Of a stretch of DNA of 64,000 nucleotides, positions 53,882 through 62,850 are shown one piece after another. The position numbers and the translations under genes were made by a program. Numbering within the stretch: position 1 is the stretch's first letter; each line of letters starts with the position of its first letter. The DNA lies in the IMG/VR virus record IMGVR_UViG_3300028654_000001, positions 124,001-188,000 of that record. One strand, written 5' to 3'. Under the pieces are notes generated by a model. The model saw only the letters and a program-made list of their open reading frames with translations, searched no databases and was not told where the DNA came from.

Positions 53882-54936
53882 GCTTGGTAAGCCAAGATAT
53901 TGAGCTTGTTAGTGACATTCTTCAGGTTAGTCTCAGCCTTTTTCCTGGCTAAGTGGCGCTTAGTAGCCTCCCCAACGAAGATCATATCCATCTCAGCAAA
54001 ATAGATCTTACAGGTCCAGGTGTCATCTTTTTGCTGTTCAGTCAGCCGTATGCCAACACCATCGAAGGTAGCCTTGTCGGCAACCGTCTGAACCATTTGG
54101 TAACCCAACCAGCTCAGGTAGATGGGTTTGATCACCAAAGGCTTCACCTTGACTGGTTTCTTAGCCTTGACTGGTTTCTTAGCCTTGACTGGCTTAATCT
54201 TGGCACTGCTTGGTTGGACCACCGCCGATGCGGGATTCTTCTTGGCTTTCTTCTTCTTTTCCTGCACAGGCTTCCAGGCTTGACCAAAGTACGGACTGTC
54301 CTCAGTCAAACTAACACTATCTCGGGTAGGTCTCTCAAACAACGGGCGGTGCTGAGATAGCTGAAACCTGATGTAGTGAACCTCATCATCGGATGCTGGC
54401 ATCAACCCAGCCTCCTTCAGTCTCGTATGGACCTCCACCAGTGACAGAGTTTCATTTCCGATCACTCGCTGAATATTCCGTATGAAGTTCGACGGACTTG
54501 CCGGATTGCCTCCAATGCTCTCCTCAGGTTTAGTAACAGGCAGCTCGGGTTCAATGTCCAGTACCCTAGGGTTATCCTCAACCTCTATGGTTACGGTGTC
54601 TTGTGGAGCAGAAACCAAAACAAGAGTTGGAGTCTGAGCTTGAAGCTCTTCTGTTTCGGGGTTTGAGTCCATTGAGTTGATCATCTGTTGAATCTCTTTC
54701 CGTCTTTTACGCTTGGCTTCGGCATCCTCGATCCGAAGCCGCTCAGCTTCCAAGCTAGCAGTTTCATGGTCTTCAAATAGGACATCTCTACTAGCAACGA
54801 AACAATAGCGCTCTTTGACCAACTCTACAACTACTGGATTACGTGGGACAACTTTCAGCTCTTCCCCATCCGTACCATCCCGGAGGATGTTCACCTGGTC
54901 GACTGTCCCTGGTCCCGCGAGGTAACAAGATTGCAT
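53860..54936 (-). CDS. multi-domain protein with winged-helix and K/A/P-rich linker
   Basis: LSLVEVHTRLKEAGL; KPVKAK x3. Confidence 0.8.
   Translation of the reverse strand: MQSCYLAGPGTVDQVNILRDGTDGEELKVVPRNPVVVELVKERYCFVASRDVLFEDHETASLEAERLRIEDAEAKRKRRKEIQQMINSMDSNPETEELQAQTPTLVLVSAPQDTVTIEVEDNPRVLDIEPELPVTKPEESIGGNPASPSNFIRNIQRVIGNETLSLVEVHTRLKEAGLMPASDDEVHYIRFQLSQHRPLFERPTRDSVSLTEDSPYFGQAWKPVQEKKKKAKKNPASAVVQPSSAKIKPVKAKKPVKAKKPVKVKPLVIKPIYLSWLGYQMVQTVADKATFDGVGIRLTEQQKDDTWTCKIYFAEMDMIFVGEATKRHLARKKAETNLKNVTNKLNILAYQACHKEEE
54147..54195 (-). repeat. 18-nt tandem coding repeat (KPVKAK)
   Basis: CCTTGACTGGTTTCTTAG x2.7 on the + strand. Confidence 0.9.
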
Positions 54937-54942
54937 GATGCA

Positions 54943-54971
54943 GTACTACGCATGGGAGCAGCAAAACTCAA
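54943..54971 (-). promoter_or_regulatory. class-I promoter motif
   Basis: TTGAGT-N17-TAGTAC-N6-ATG. Confidence 0.75.
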
Positions 54972-55153
54972 CTATTTTGTTGAAATAGTTTGTGGCCCCA
55001 ACCTACCTACAAGGGTTGAATTATACCCAGTTTTCTCAACATTGGGTACCCAAAATCGAACAAGTGGCCTACTAGGGTTATTCCAATCTTGTGGTGAAAA
55101 TTGAAATAAGGATCTATCAGGAAAGGTGTTGCTACAACGCCCTGAAATAAGAC

Positions 55154-55465
55154 CTACCGACCTGGTGGCCTGAGTCTTTTTGGACCCAAGGTACCAAGAA
55201 ACCCCTTGAGGTCTTCTCGCTCTGCTTCGGTTACCCTGAGTTGACCCGAACTGACTAGATTCGCCGCTCCAGGATCTAACCCTAGTCGTTTGTGGGTCCA
55301 CTCAGCCCAATCACGCTGCCTCTTCGTCAGCTTCTGGAACTTTCCTGCAAGGAGATCCCCCAACATCCGGGAGAAAGCTGCCTCTTCTTCCCCCTCAAGC
55401 TTTTCGCTCTCAACAAGGTCCTCCAACAGTTTCAAGTCCGGAAGGGTGACTTTGAACTCTAACAT
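55154..55465 (-). CDS. hypothetical protein
   Basis: GGTG-TATTAC-N6-ATG; LTKRQRDWAE motif. Confidence 0.75.
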   Translation of the reverse strand: MLEFKVTLPDLKLLEDLVESEKLEGEEEAAFSRMLGDLLAGKFQKLTKRQRDWAEWTHKRLGLDPGAANLVSSGQLRVTEAEREDLKGFLGTLGPKRLRPPGR

Positions 55466-55555
55466 CTGAAAGTAATACACCCCAACTCAAGTCTGGAATT
55501 CAATACTTAGTAGATTTTGGCAGGTTGTCCAACCATCCCCGGTGTACTGAGAGTC

Positions 55556-55756
55556 ATGCCATCAGATACCAAGAAAAACAAGCACGAGCATACGTTCAAA
55601 GATGGAGCAACCTTGAATTTAACTGCTAGTTCCAAGGGTCTGAAGATTGGTTGGCAGGAAGTTGGTAAGAGTAAGCATCCTGCAGTTACCTTGACTTGGA
55701 AGACAGTGAATCGTCTGAGTCGTCACCGCATGAAGCCAAAGACCGTTGTGGGGTGA
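55556..55756 (+). CDS. small basic hypothetical
   Basis: CCGGTG-TACTGA-N5-ATG. Confidence 0.7.
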   Translation: MPSDTKKNKHEHTFKDGATLNLTASSKGLKIGWQEVGKSKHPAVTLTWKTVNRLSRHRMKPKTVVG

Positions 55757-55757
55757 T

Positions 55758-56177
55758 ATGTCCGATATCATCTGGATGCCCGTCACCAGAATTCTATCAA
55801 CAGACCTTATGGTGTTGGGGGTAAAGTATCTCTTCGATTGGGATCGAAGGGTCTGGGTAGAGCATCAAGATGGTTGCTATGATGGTATACAATGGCACAC
55901 CATGTTCCTCTGTCGCGAAGTCGACGGTAAGAGTCAGTTCTGGCTTGAGGTTGTCCCAGCTACCGCCAAGTTACTGAGTGACTGTGGTCTTCGTGATGAG
56001 CATCTACTCAGAGCTATTGAACCAATACCACCTTGGCCGTCCAAGGTGGTGATGTTCTACATGGAGACCCAAGTAGCCGCTGCTCTGGTTGAATACCAAC
56101 CCGTGAAGAGTGTCTCGCCCTCTTGGTGGTTCAAGGATCTCCCTCCAACTCGGTTCGAGCGCGAAGATGTTATCTAG
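55758..56177 (+). CDS. hypothetical with C-terminal PTRFER tag
   Basis: Ends PPTRFEREDVI. Confidence 0.85.
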   Translation: MSDIIWMPVTRILSTDLMVLGVKYLFDWDRRVWVEHQDGCYDGIQWHTMFLCREVDGKSQFWLEVVPATAKLLSDCGLRDEHLLRAIEPIPPWPSKVVMFYMETQVAAALVEYQPVKSVSPSWWFKDLPPTRFEREDVI

Positions 56178-56791
56178 GCAGCAGTGGGGGGTGAGAACTC
56201 AGCCTTCCACCGAGTGAGTAACCTACTGCAGGCCTCACGATCTTCAGGGTCAGGCTTCTTGAAGAACTTGGTACTTGAGGTTACAGGCCACTCTTCAAGC
56301 TCGCAGCTGTCACTCAAGCGATATAGGAGGAGCTCACCTTTCCAGAACAGACCCTCATTTGATACATAGTAGCTACCATCACGAAGTGACAGACCCTCGT
56401 CAAGTGCAAAGGTCTCGTACCAACTTCGACTCAGCCTTCTGCAGATATCTGAATCTTCTTTCATCTCACGAACTTCTTGGAGTCGTTCGAACCCGAACGG
56501 GCCTTTATCCTTATCAACGAAGGCGATCTCTAGATTACCTCTAAAGATGACCCCACCCCTGGTAACGCTGTACCCCGAATCATACAGTCGATTTATAGCA
56601 CCAGTCCCGAATTTCTCCCTTGGTGGTAGGTCCTCGGGATCTTTGATGGTTTCCTTCTCCTTGGGTGGAGACGAGGGCTTATTGAAGGCCTCACTGAGCT
56701 CAATTCCCTTCTTATGACCAAGCCGGTAGACAAGGAGGTAAGATGCTAGTAGGAGTAACCCAACAGTAACTGATAGTGGAAACATAATCAC
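56174..56791 (-). CDS. membrane-anchored hypothetical
   Basis: N-terminal TM VTVGLLLLASYLLVY. Confidence 0.8.
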   Translation of the reverse strand: MIMFPLSVTVGLLLLASYLLVYRLGHKKGIELSEAFNKPSSPPKEKETIKDPEDLPPREKFGTGAINRLYDSGYSVTRGGVIFRGNLEIAFVDKDKGPFGFERLQEVREMKEDSDICRRLSRSWYETFALDEGLSLRDGSYYVSNEGLFWKGELLLYRLSDSCELEEWPVTSSTKFFKKPDPEDREACSRLLTRWKAEFSPPTAA

Positions 56792-57579
56792 TCCGGTAGT
56801 TCAAGCATCCAACTCTCCCAACCTGGGAGCGATAGGAACAAGTGGAGACCCAACAGCTCTTCGGCTGCTGGTACCTCCCAATCATGCACGCAAATGGGTT
56901 GGTTACGATCGAGATCGAACAGGGTTCGATTGCTCTTTGGGGACCTCTCCACCTTCGTTCGAGAGGTCAACAAGTAGCGACGGCCAGTGTCCTGGCCCAC
57001 GGTGACAAATTGGTTTGTCCTTCTAAAGTCTTCCAGCTGCCCCGGGTTCAAGAAGGTCTCTAGAACCTTCGTAGCTCGAATCTCAGCCTTGACGAATTCA
57101 GGGACGGGACAACCTCTATCAGGGACGGCTACGGTCGTAGCGGCTACAGCAAGGGCTGGCAACCTGATGGCATCCCAGTACTCTTCGATGCTCGCGGGTG
57201 AGGCACTAGGAGCCCTCGCGGGTAGTGGGTTGATCTTGTATTCTTGGAGGGTCCCGTTGGATAGCTTCACTACCGATACTTGATTTCTACCGGGCTTCAG
57301 TCTGGAAGTAAGGTGCTTAGCCACCTTGGTGATAGGTGCTTGCAGTTGGACAGTCACCCCCCTCTCTGTCCTACAGATTGACTCTAGAATCTGTGGGAAA
57401 GATTCAGGTGTTGCCCATGGTTTGAAGATCATCCCGCCCCTCAGAGCTCTTTTCCGGAAGGATTCCATAACCCTCAGCTCCTCGTTTGACAGGCTGTACA
57501 TGCGAAGGGAGGTCTCCGTTTGACTTACTGCTTCCAGTTGCAGATCTCCGTGAAAACTCGGAATGTACCACATCACCAT
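56788..57579 (-). CDS. hypothetical with internal IEEYW tag
   Basis: MWYIPSFHGD N-terminus; internal SIEEYWDAIRLP. Confidence 0.85.
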   Translation of the reverse strand: MVMWYIPSFHGDLQLEAVSQTETSLRMYSLSNEELRVMESFRKRALRGGMIFKPWATPESFPQILESICRTERGVTVQLQAPITKVAKHLTSRLKPGRNQVSVVKLSNGTLQEYKINPLPARAPSASPASIEEYWDAIRLPALAVAATTVAVPDRGCPVPEFVKAEIRATKVLETFLNPGQLEDFRRTNQFVTVGQDTGRRYLLTSRTKVERSPKSNRTLFDLDRNQPICVHDWEVPAAEELLGLHLFLSLPGWESWMLELPE

Positions 57580-58054
57580 CTTGATTTCTTTCCTCTAGGT
57601 TGCAAAATAACTTATCCACGCGGGCCTTGAGTATACCCTTTCTTTCAGGGAACTCAGTCAAATCCTGCAAAGCTATCAGGTCTTTCAGCTCCTGGGCTTC
57701 TGCTGCAGCTAACTGGGATCGTTGGGCTTCAAGGTGGATCTGGGATAGGGTGCTCATCTGAACATCCATATTCCGTTTTTGTTGTCTTGGATCTTGATAC
57801 TGGGTGACCCCGTTAAAGGTGATATCTCCAACAAACTCAACACCCCCATCATCACCCTCTTCAAAGCGAGCTCGCTTGATATCGTCCCTCGGAACACGCG
57901 GGGAGGCCTCGGCTCTCATAAGGGACTTTGCCACTTCACATAGACTGGCTACTGAAGCGAATCGAGTCCGCTTATCTGAGTTCAGCTTCTCAATCATCAG
58001 TTGACGGAGAGCATCGAGTGCGGTCTTCAAGTAACCACTTTCCTCAACTTCCAT
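57404..58054 (-). CDS. hypothetical helical protein
   Basis: ORF track; tail overlaps the next gene by 176 nt. Confidence 0.7.
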   Translation of the reverse strand: MEVEESGYLKTALDALRQLMIEKLNSDKRTRFASVASLCEVAKSLMRAEASPRVPRDDIKRARFEEGDDGGVEFVGDITFNGVTQYQDPRQQKRNMDVQMSTLSQIHLEAQRSQLAAAEAQELKDLIALQDLTEFPERKGILKARVDKLFCNLEERNQDGDVVHSEFSRRSATGSSKSNGDLPSHVQPVKRGAEGYGILPEKSSEGRDDLQTMGNT

Positions 58055-58160
58055 GAAGTCCAGCTCAGAATCAGCTTTTTTGTACACCGGTTACCCATTA
58101 CACCGAATGCCCCAAGAACGCAAGATATTGGGCTTCGGTGTAAACAGCCTGCTGTAAACA

Positions 58161-58751
58161 ATGGAGGACGACTTCGAAGAGTACTGGGCGGCTATCAGGC
58201 CTGAACGAAAACCGTCTATGAAGGATCTCCGGGACGAGCTCCTCAAGATTGCCAAACTTCGTGAAGAAGAGTGGGACTTGATGACCCATAGGAACTACCC
58301 TTCACCTCCCGAGAGCTTGTTCGAGGAGTCGCGTGAGGAACCCTTCTTCAATGGTCCAGGCGAGAGTATTCCGGCAGATTTACCACTGGTTGTCAATATT
58401 GGGAACCCTGATCTGGGAGATGTAGCAACCAGAGAGTACATCGAGTCTATTCTCCACACTTACTCTGAGGTGCATCAATTTCATATAGATGGAGGCGGAT
58501 CTGTTCGAGTTGACTACCCTCCATCAATTATTGGCGACGGTCCGATCTCTGGGGGTGGATCGCTTCTCATCACTACAGGTGAGGGTTTACAAGCTTCTAG
58601 CTGGGGTAGTACCAATGAGCTCAGGCTTGAACTACAGAATAACTCAGAATTCAGAGTTTTACAGGATCGAGTTACCAGACTCGAACAAGAAAATCGAGAA
58701 CTGCGATCTCGTGTGAATACCCTAGCATTAGCCATAAGGAATCGACGATGA
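58161..58751 (+). CDS. hypothetical with N-terminal IESYW-type tag and C-terminal coiled coil
   Basis: MEDDFEEYWAAIRP; LQDRVTRLEQENRELRSRV. Confidence 0.85.
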   Translation: MEDDFEEYWAAIRPERKPSMKDLRDELLKIAKLREEEWDLMTHRNYPSPPESLFEESREEPFFNGPGESIPADLPLVVNIGNPDLGDVATREYIESILHTYSEVHQFHIDGGGSVRVDYPPSIIGDGPISGGGSLLITTGEGLQASSWGSTNELRLELQNNSEFRVLQDRVTRLEQENRELRSRVNTLALAIRNRR

Positions 58752-58966
58752 CCAAACAAGTACTGTGGCCTGCTAAGCAGGATTTTGAATCACCCTACGG
58801 GTGCGACCTTCCTGAACGAGATGAACCGGGAGGCCTACGAAGAACCGGAGCTACGGTGTGCAAGCACGGAGTTTACCCGTGTGGTACCTGCGGAACTACC
58901 ACGCATCTGGATACCGTCCACACGACTGTCAAGGGGGAAGGGATAGTCGGAAGCATTCCCCGATAG
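58748..58966 (+). CDS. small Cys/His-rich hypothetical
   Basis: CKHGVYPCGTC; ATGA coupling. Confidence 0.7.
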   Translation: MTKQVLWPAKQDFESPYGCDLPERDEPGGLRRTGATVCKHGVYPCGTCGTTTHLDTVHTTVKGEGIVGSIPR

Positions 58967-59021
58967 ACCACCTCGATCTATCTCCAGCAGAAACCATCAG
59001 GGTGGTGGGCAACTGGTGGCA

Positions 59022-59741
59022 TCACATTCCCCAGAAGTTGATGTCCATGATTCCGCCACGTTTGCTGAGCTTAATGCCAAATGGCCTCTCACAAATGATG
59101 ATATTCTTGCTGTTCACCACGTAGAGAGCATAGGCTGACTTCAGGAACTTGACAGCTGCCGCTAGGATCTCCGAGTCGTGCTCGCTGTACTTGACCCCTT
59201 CGAGACCCTGGCAGAAGTGGTAGTGGGCAATGAAGGGCAGTGAGGACATCGCTGACAGGATGGACACCTTTGCTGAGTCACATAGCGGTCGGCACATCTC
59301 AAATGGCATGTCCGAGATCAGCAGAGGAGACATCCAATTAACCATTCTGCTCATGACCATTTGATGATTGGCAGCCCCAATTGCCTGAATGATTGCAGGT
59401 TCGACACTGATGGATAGCTTATTAGCTATGGTATCCGGAGTCCCCTGCACACTCTGATCTTTCATGGCTTCGTAAGCACTAAGTGGATTGGACTTCCAAG
59501 TGATCTGATACCCAGAGTCCAGAATGTCCCTCATGAGAACAACAGCCGCTTCCTCTGCTAGCTGGATGTCTTCGGTATCAAGAACCTCAGAGGTGGCGTA
59601 ACCCATGAACTCGGCTCTGACTACCTCCAAGCGTGCTTCCTCCGAAGCAGGTAGGTTGGGTCGGTAGTCTCCAATGACGTTTGGGTACTGCTGAGAGTAA
59701 GGGAGATTGTAGGGTTTCACTTTAATAGTAACGTTTTTCAT
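59022..59741 (-). CDS. hypothetical protein
   Basis: 239-aa ORF; coupled. Confidence 0.8.
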   Translation of the reverse strand: MKNVTIKVKPYNLPYSQQYPNVIGDYRPNLPASEEARLEVVRAEFMGYATSEVLDTEDIQLAEEAAVVLMRDILDSGYQITWKSNPLSAYEAMKDQSVQGTPDTIANKLSISVEPAIIQAIGAANHQMVMSRMVNWMSPLLISDMPFEMCRPLCDSAKVSILSAMSSLPFIAHYHFCQGLEGVKYSEHDSEILAAAVKFLKSAYALYVVNSKNIIICERPFGIKLSKRGGIMDINFWGM

Positions 59742-60172
59742 GAGTTTGCCTTCAGGATATCATTCAAGTCGGCTTCTGCCCAGTAGCCACCAGCACCTGG
59801 CCACACAACCTTCGGAGATGTGGGTCGGACGTAATCCTTCCGAAATGCACTCCCTTGAGTATAGAAGGTGCTTCCAGCGTTAACGTGATCTACCGTAATA
59901 CTGTAAGTCCTACCAGCGGGCTTCGGGTCTTTCCCTACCACCTTGACAATGGTCCCCTTGGGAATGACAATGGTCTGCCCCTTCTTGATTGGAAGGTCCT
60001 CTTCCCGGTAGTACCCTAGGAACTGAGGGGGCCGCGTGCCAACTTTGAGCTCGTCTCTGTCATACAAGCCTACGAGGTAACCCTCTTCATACTCAGGGCT
60101 GGTCTGCTCTGGGTCTTGATCTTTCCCGTAGAAGGCATCCATGTAACCTTGGTGAATTGGGCTTGTGTACAT
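59738..60172 (-). CDS. hypothetical, untagged leaderless paralog of 45406-45864
   Basis: IPKGTIVKVVGKDPKPAG...GGYWAEA. Confidence 0.85.
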   Translation of the reverse strand: MYTSPIHQGYMDAFYGKDQDPEQTSPEYEEGYLVGLYDRDELKVGTRPPQFLGYYREEDLPIKKGQTIVIPKGTIVKVVGKDPKPAGRTYSITVDHVNAGSTFYTQGSAFRKDYVRPTSPKVVWPGAGGYWAEADLNDILKANS

Positions 60173-60177
60173 GCCTA

Positions 60178-60206
60178 GTATTACGCACCAGAGTCCTGAT
60201 TCTCAC
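60178..60206 (-). promoter_or_regulatory. class-I promoter motif
   Basis: GTGAGA-N17-TAATAC-N5-ATG. Confidence 0.8.
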
Positions 60207-60213
60207 TTAACTC

Positions 60214-60462
60214 ATGAGTTTTCCTATCAATAACTCTCCAAAACTCTCCAAAATGATACCCGAGCCGGTAGGTTGGACTAGCATCCGGAGGGCATGGGAA
60301 GCCCATAGTGCTCCGATCTCGGCCCAGGCGGTAGATCGAGATAGCCCAGTTGGATTCAGGACACCCTGGGGAATGACTGTCTTCATGGTGACCAGGCCCG
60401 AATGTATTCGCGTTGACTCTGAGCTTCCAGCTCCTCTAGTTTTAACCGATGAGGGCATGTGA
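60214..60462 (+). CDS. hypothetical protein
   Basis: ORF track. Confidence 0.5.
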   Translation: MSFPINNSPKLSKMIPEPVGWTSIRRAWEAHSAPISAQAVDRDSPVGFRTPWGMTVFMVTRPECIRVDSELPAPLVLTDEGM

Positions 60463-60568
60463 GTCTCTCTCCTTCGGTACAGTTCGTCTTTCTGCAGTCG
60501 AACTCGCAGTACCGTATATCTTCAGGTACCTCTTGGGTCGTGAACCACCTTTTGAACCATTGGAACAT
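60383..60568 (-). CDS. small Cys-rich hypothetical
   Basis: EVPEDIRYCEFDCRKTNC...CPHRL. Confidence 0.55.
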   Translation of the reverse strand: MFQWFKRWFTTQEVPEDIRYCEFDCRKTNCTEGERLTCPHRLKLEELEAQSQREYIRAWSP

Positions 60569-61155
60569 AATGATCTCCAATCTCGGGTGAGGTAACGTTC
60601 GAGACCCTCTACCCTACCAGGGTGGTTTTCATAAACACCCTCTTCACCGGCTAACTTATACCGGAAGAACACTTCATAACGAGAGTTCAAGATCCCTACC
60701 AACCAATGGGGAACGGGTTTCCAGGTGGGCTCTGGACCTAGCTCGAGAAGATAAAGTTGAGTCTCTTTCCGAACTCGGTTCCGAGACTTATCCGATAATC
60801 CAGAGGGGTTGAGAAGCCGATCAACTGCACCCCTGTGAGCTAGGTCATGGGATTCTTTTGTGAGCCGCATTTTCCACGTAAGGGGTGTTGGCTGCACTCC
60901 TGGAACCCCACACCATCTCCATACTGATGGGATTATAGGTAGGATTTCGTAGTCCAAACCCAAGTTTCTATCAGTCTGGTGCGGAACCTTGTAGAAGTGC
61001 CGATAGTACATCATTCCGGTGGTGAAGTCGACCAACCATCGCTCGAGACCCTCGTTTACGATGAACACAGCTGACCGACGGCTGGTATCAATCCTGTGCT
61101 TCCAGACCCTAAGTCCAGCAAGCAGCACCCCACCGAGGATGCAGGCAGTGATCAT
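60442..61155 (-). CDS. membrane-anchored hypothetical
   Basis: MITACILGGVLLAGL; ATGA coupling with the upstream gene. Confidence 0.7.
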   Translation of the reverse strand: MITACILGGVLLAGLRVWKHRIDTSRRSAVFIVNEGLERWLVDFTTGMMYYRHFYKVPHQTDRNLGLDYEILPIIPSVWRWCGVPGVQPTPLTWKMRLTKESHDLAHRGAVDRLLNPSGLSDKSRNRVRKETQLYLLELGPEPTWKPVPHWLVGILNSRYEVFFRYKLAGEEGVYENHPGRVEGLERYLTRDWRSLCSNGSKGGSRPKRYLKIYGTASSTAERRTVPKERDSHALIG

Positions 61156-61421
61156 GCGGCGACCGTTCCCGGATGATCCTTGAGCCACTCATTGGCTTCA
61201 CCCTCGTCACAGAAGTTGGCGTAGGCAAACCCGCTCTGGTCACCAAAGACACAGAAAGTCTCGTATCCTTCGTCCCACTCCACATACCGGCCCTCGCCGG
61301 CAATGGGCTTCAAGTCCTTCAGCTTCGATTCCTCACGAAGTTCTTGGATGCTCTCCCCGGCCTTTTTGTAGGAACGCCCTCTCCAAGCTCTCTTTTCAGG
61401 GTTGTGGGTTCTACTTGCCAT
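61152..61421 (-). CDS. hypothetical protein
   Basis: VFGDQSGFAYANF motif. Confidence 0.75.
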   Translation of the reverse strand: MASRTHNPEKRAWRGRSYKKAGESIQELREESKLKDLKPIAGEGRYVEWDEGYETFCVFGDQSGFAYANFCDEGEANEWLKDHPGTVAA

Positions 61422-61761
61422 GATGATTCCTTGACACTTTCTTGTAATTTGCTACTAAACGAAGATGAAGTCTAGTCATCCTATCCCCGTTGCTACAGCC
61501 AAACCGCTTGGCCGTATACTGAGCGGCGATACTTGAAGGACACCCGCTAGCAGAGATCAGGTGGCACTCGCACCCTGACGTCCAAGCTATCGGGGTCGGG
61601 ATTTCACACTTGGGGTCTCCGTCAAAGACAACCCCACTGAAAGCCAGACCAGGCCTTCCGTCGTCCAGTATCCACTGTTTTCCAGTCCAACGCTCAACTC
61701 GTTGCGCATTAGCTGGGGGGCGGCCGATCCAGTGACTTTGATTGATTTTCAGTGCGTGCAT
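61411..61761 (-). CDS. hypothetical protein
   Basis: AGAGGA SD before the ATG. Confidence 0.65.
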   Translation of the reverse strand: MHALKINQSHWIGRPPANAQRVERWTGKQWILDDGRPGLAFSGVVFDGDPKCEIPTPIAWTSGCECHLISASGCPSSIAAQYTAKRFGCSNGDRMTRLHLRLVANYKKVSRNHHGK

Positions 61762-61798
61762 GGATCCTCTAGAGGTCAAACTTATGAGGTTCTGTTAG

Positions 61799-61827
61799 GT
61801 ATTACAAGCCACTCACACGAAACTCAC
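61799..61827 (-). promoter_or_regulatory. class-I promoter motif (leadered)
   Basis: GTGAGT-N17-TAATAC. Confidence 0.7.
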
Positions 61828-61907
61828 CAAAGTATTTAGGATCACAAACCAGAGTCAATCCTACTGAAGTTACTTGTAAGAATTGTATTACTTAGAAGGT
61901 GTTTATC

Positions 61908-62327
61908 ATGCCTCAAGGAAGATCTTCCTATAAAAGGCGGGGGCGGTCAGTCCCCCTTAGAGCTCGAGTTATCGACTTAGATCCAGCCGGCTGTGGTGAG
62001 GTTCAGGTGGGTAGTGTGGTGATCCATCAGGATAATCGGGGGGAGCATATCGCGATCCTACTCGACCTGGATGCTCAGTACGCGATGGCACTATTCTTCA
62101 GCTCAGTGGCCTATGGGCTTTGCTCCCGTGAGGCCGCTCTTGAAGAATTAGCTTTAGCCGGATTCGTTTATACCAAGCAGACCTTCTTGTGCTTGGTTCA
62201 CCGCCAGGCCAATGAGTTCTACCCTCACCAGGGGCTTGAGTTCCCAGCTCATAGAGTTCAAGCTCTCCGAAAGGAATTCGGGATTGACCGAGAGGCAATC
62301 AGTGGGGTTAGGCCTCTTCAGCCTTGA
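61908..62327 (+). CDS. hypothetical protein
   Basis: ORF track; SD upstream. Confidence 0.75.
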   Translation: MPQGRSSYKRRGRSVPLRARVIDLDPAGCGEVQVGSVVIHQDNRGEHIAILLDLDAQYAMALFFSSVAYGLCSREAALEELALAGFVYTKQTFLCLVHRQANEFYPHQGLEFPAHRVQALRKEFGIDREAISGVRPLQP

Positions 62328-62850
62328 TGCGTGCTAAGTAGGCCGCGGCATTCTCAGGGGGTTCAGCTTCGTGGCTCTCGGAGATTACCTTCTTAGCCAT
62401 AATGAGGGCCTCATTTTGGGTATCATATGGGATATCATCCCATAATGAGGTTCCGTCAATCTCATCAACGGTCTGAATGTAGATCTTACCTTGGTCATCG
62501 TGGACAAGCCGTACTTCAACGTCAATGGCCGCTGGGTGTCCCTGATCTATCTGTTCTTGGTTGCAAGCATAAACGTAAGACCCAACTGTCGACCATTCAC
62601 TCTCGATGATGACGGGTTCAGAGCCCTCTTCCTCAATAGTCTCCTCTTGGTACTCTAGGCTGGACTCTGGGACGAACAGACCCCGTTGCGGGCCGTTGTC
62701 GGTCTCTATGGTTTCCTCCAGTTCAACAACATAGAACCAGAGGGGTACCAGGAACTGGATACCGAGAACGGTTCCAGGAAATAGTTGCCCTCCGTTGATA
62801 ACATTCACGGGCTCATCAATTTCAAACTTTGGGTCGGCCATTAAATCCAT
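62308..62850 (-). CDS. acidic two-domain hypothetical (SH3-like N-terminus)
   Basis: PKFEIDEPV...PGTV...YVVELE. Confidence 0.75.
   Translation of the reverse strand: MDLMADPKFEIDEPVNVINGGQLFPGTVLGIQFLVPLWFYVVELEETIETDNGPQRGLFVPESSLEYQEETIEEEGSEPVIIESEWSTVGSYVYACNQEQIDQGHPAAIDVEVRLVHDDQGKIYIQTVDEIDGTSLWDDIPYDTQNEALIMAKKVISESHEAEPPENAAAYLARIKAEEA

Noticed and set aside
57404-57579. 176-nt same-strand overlap as a designed overlapping gene
   Set aside because: Low-complexity tail more simply explained by a lost stop codon; no independent support
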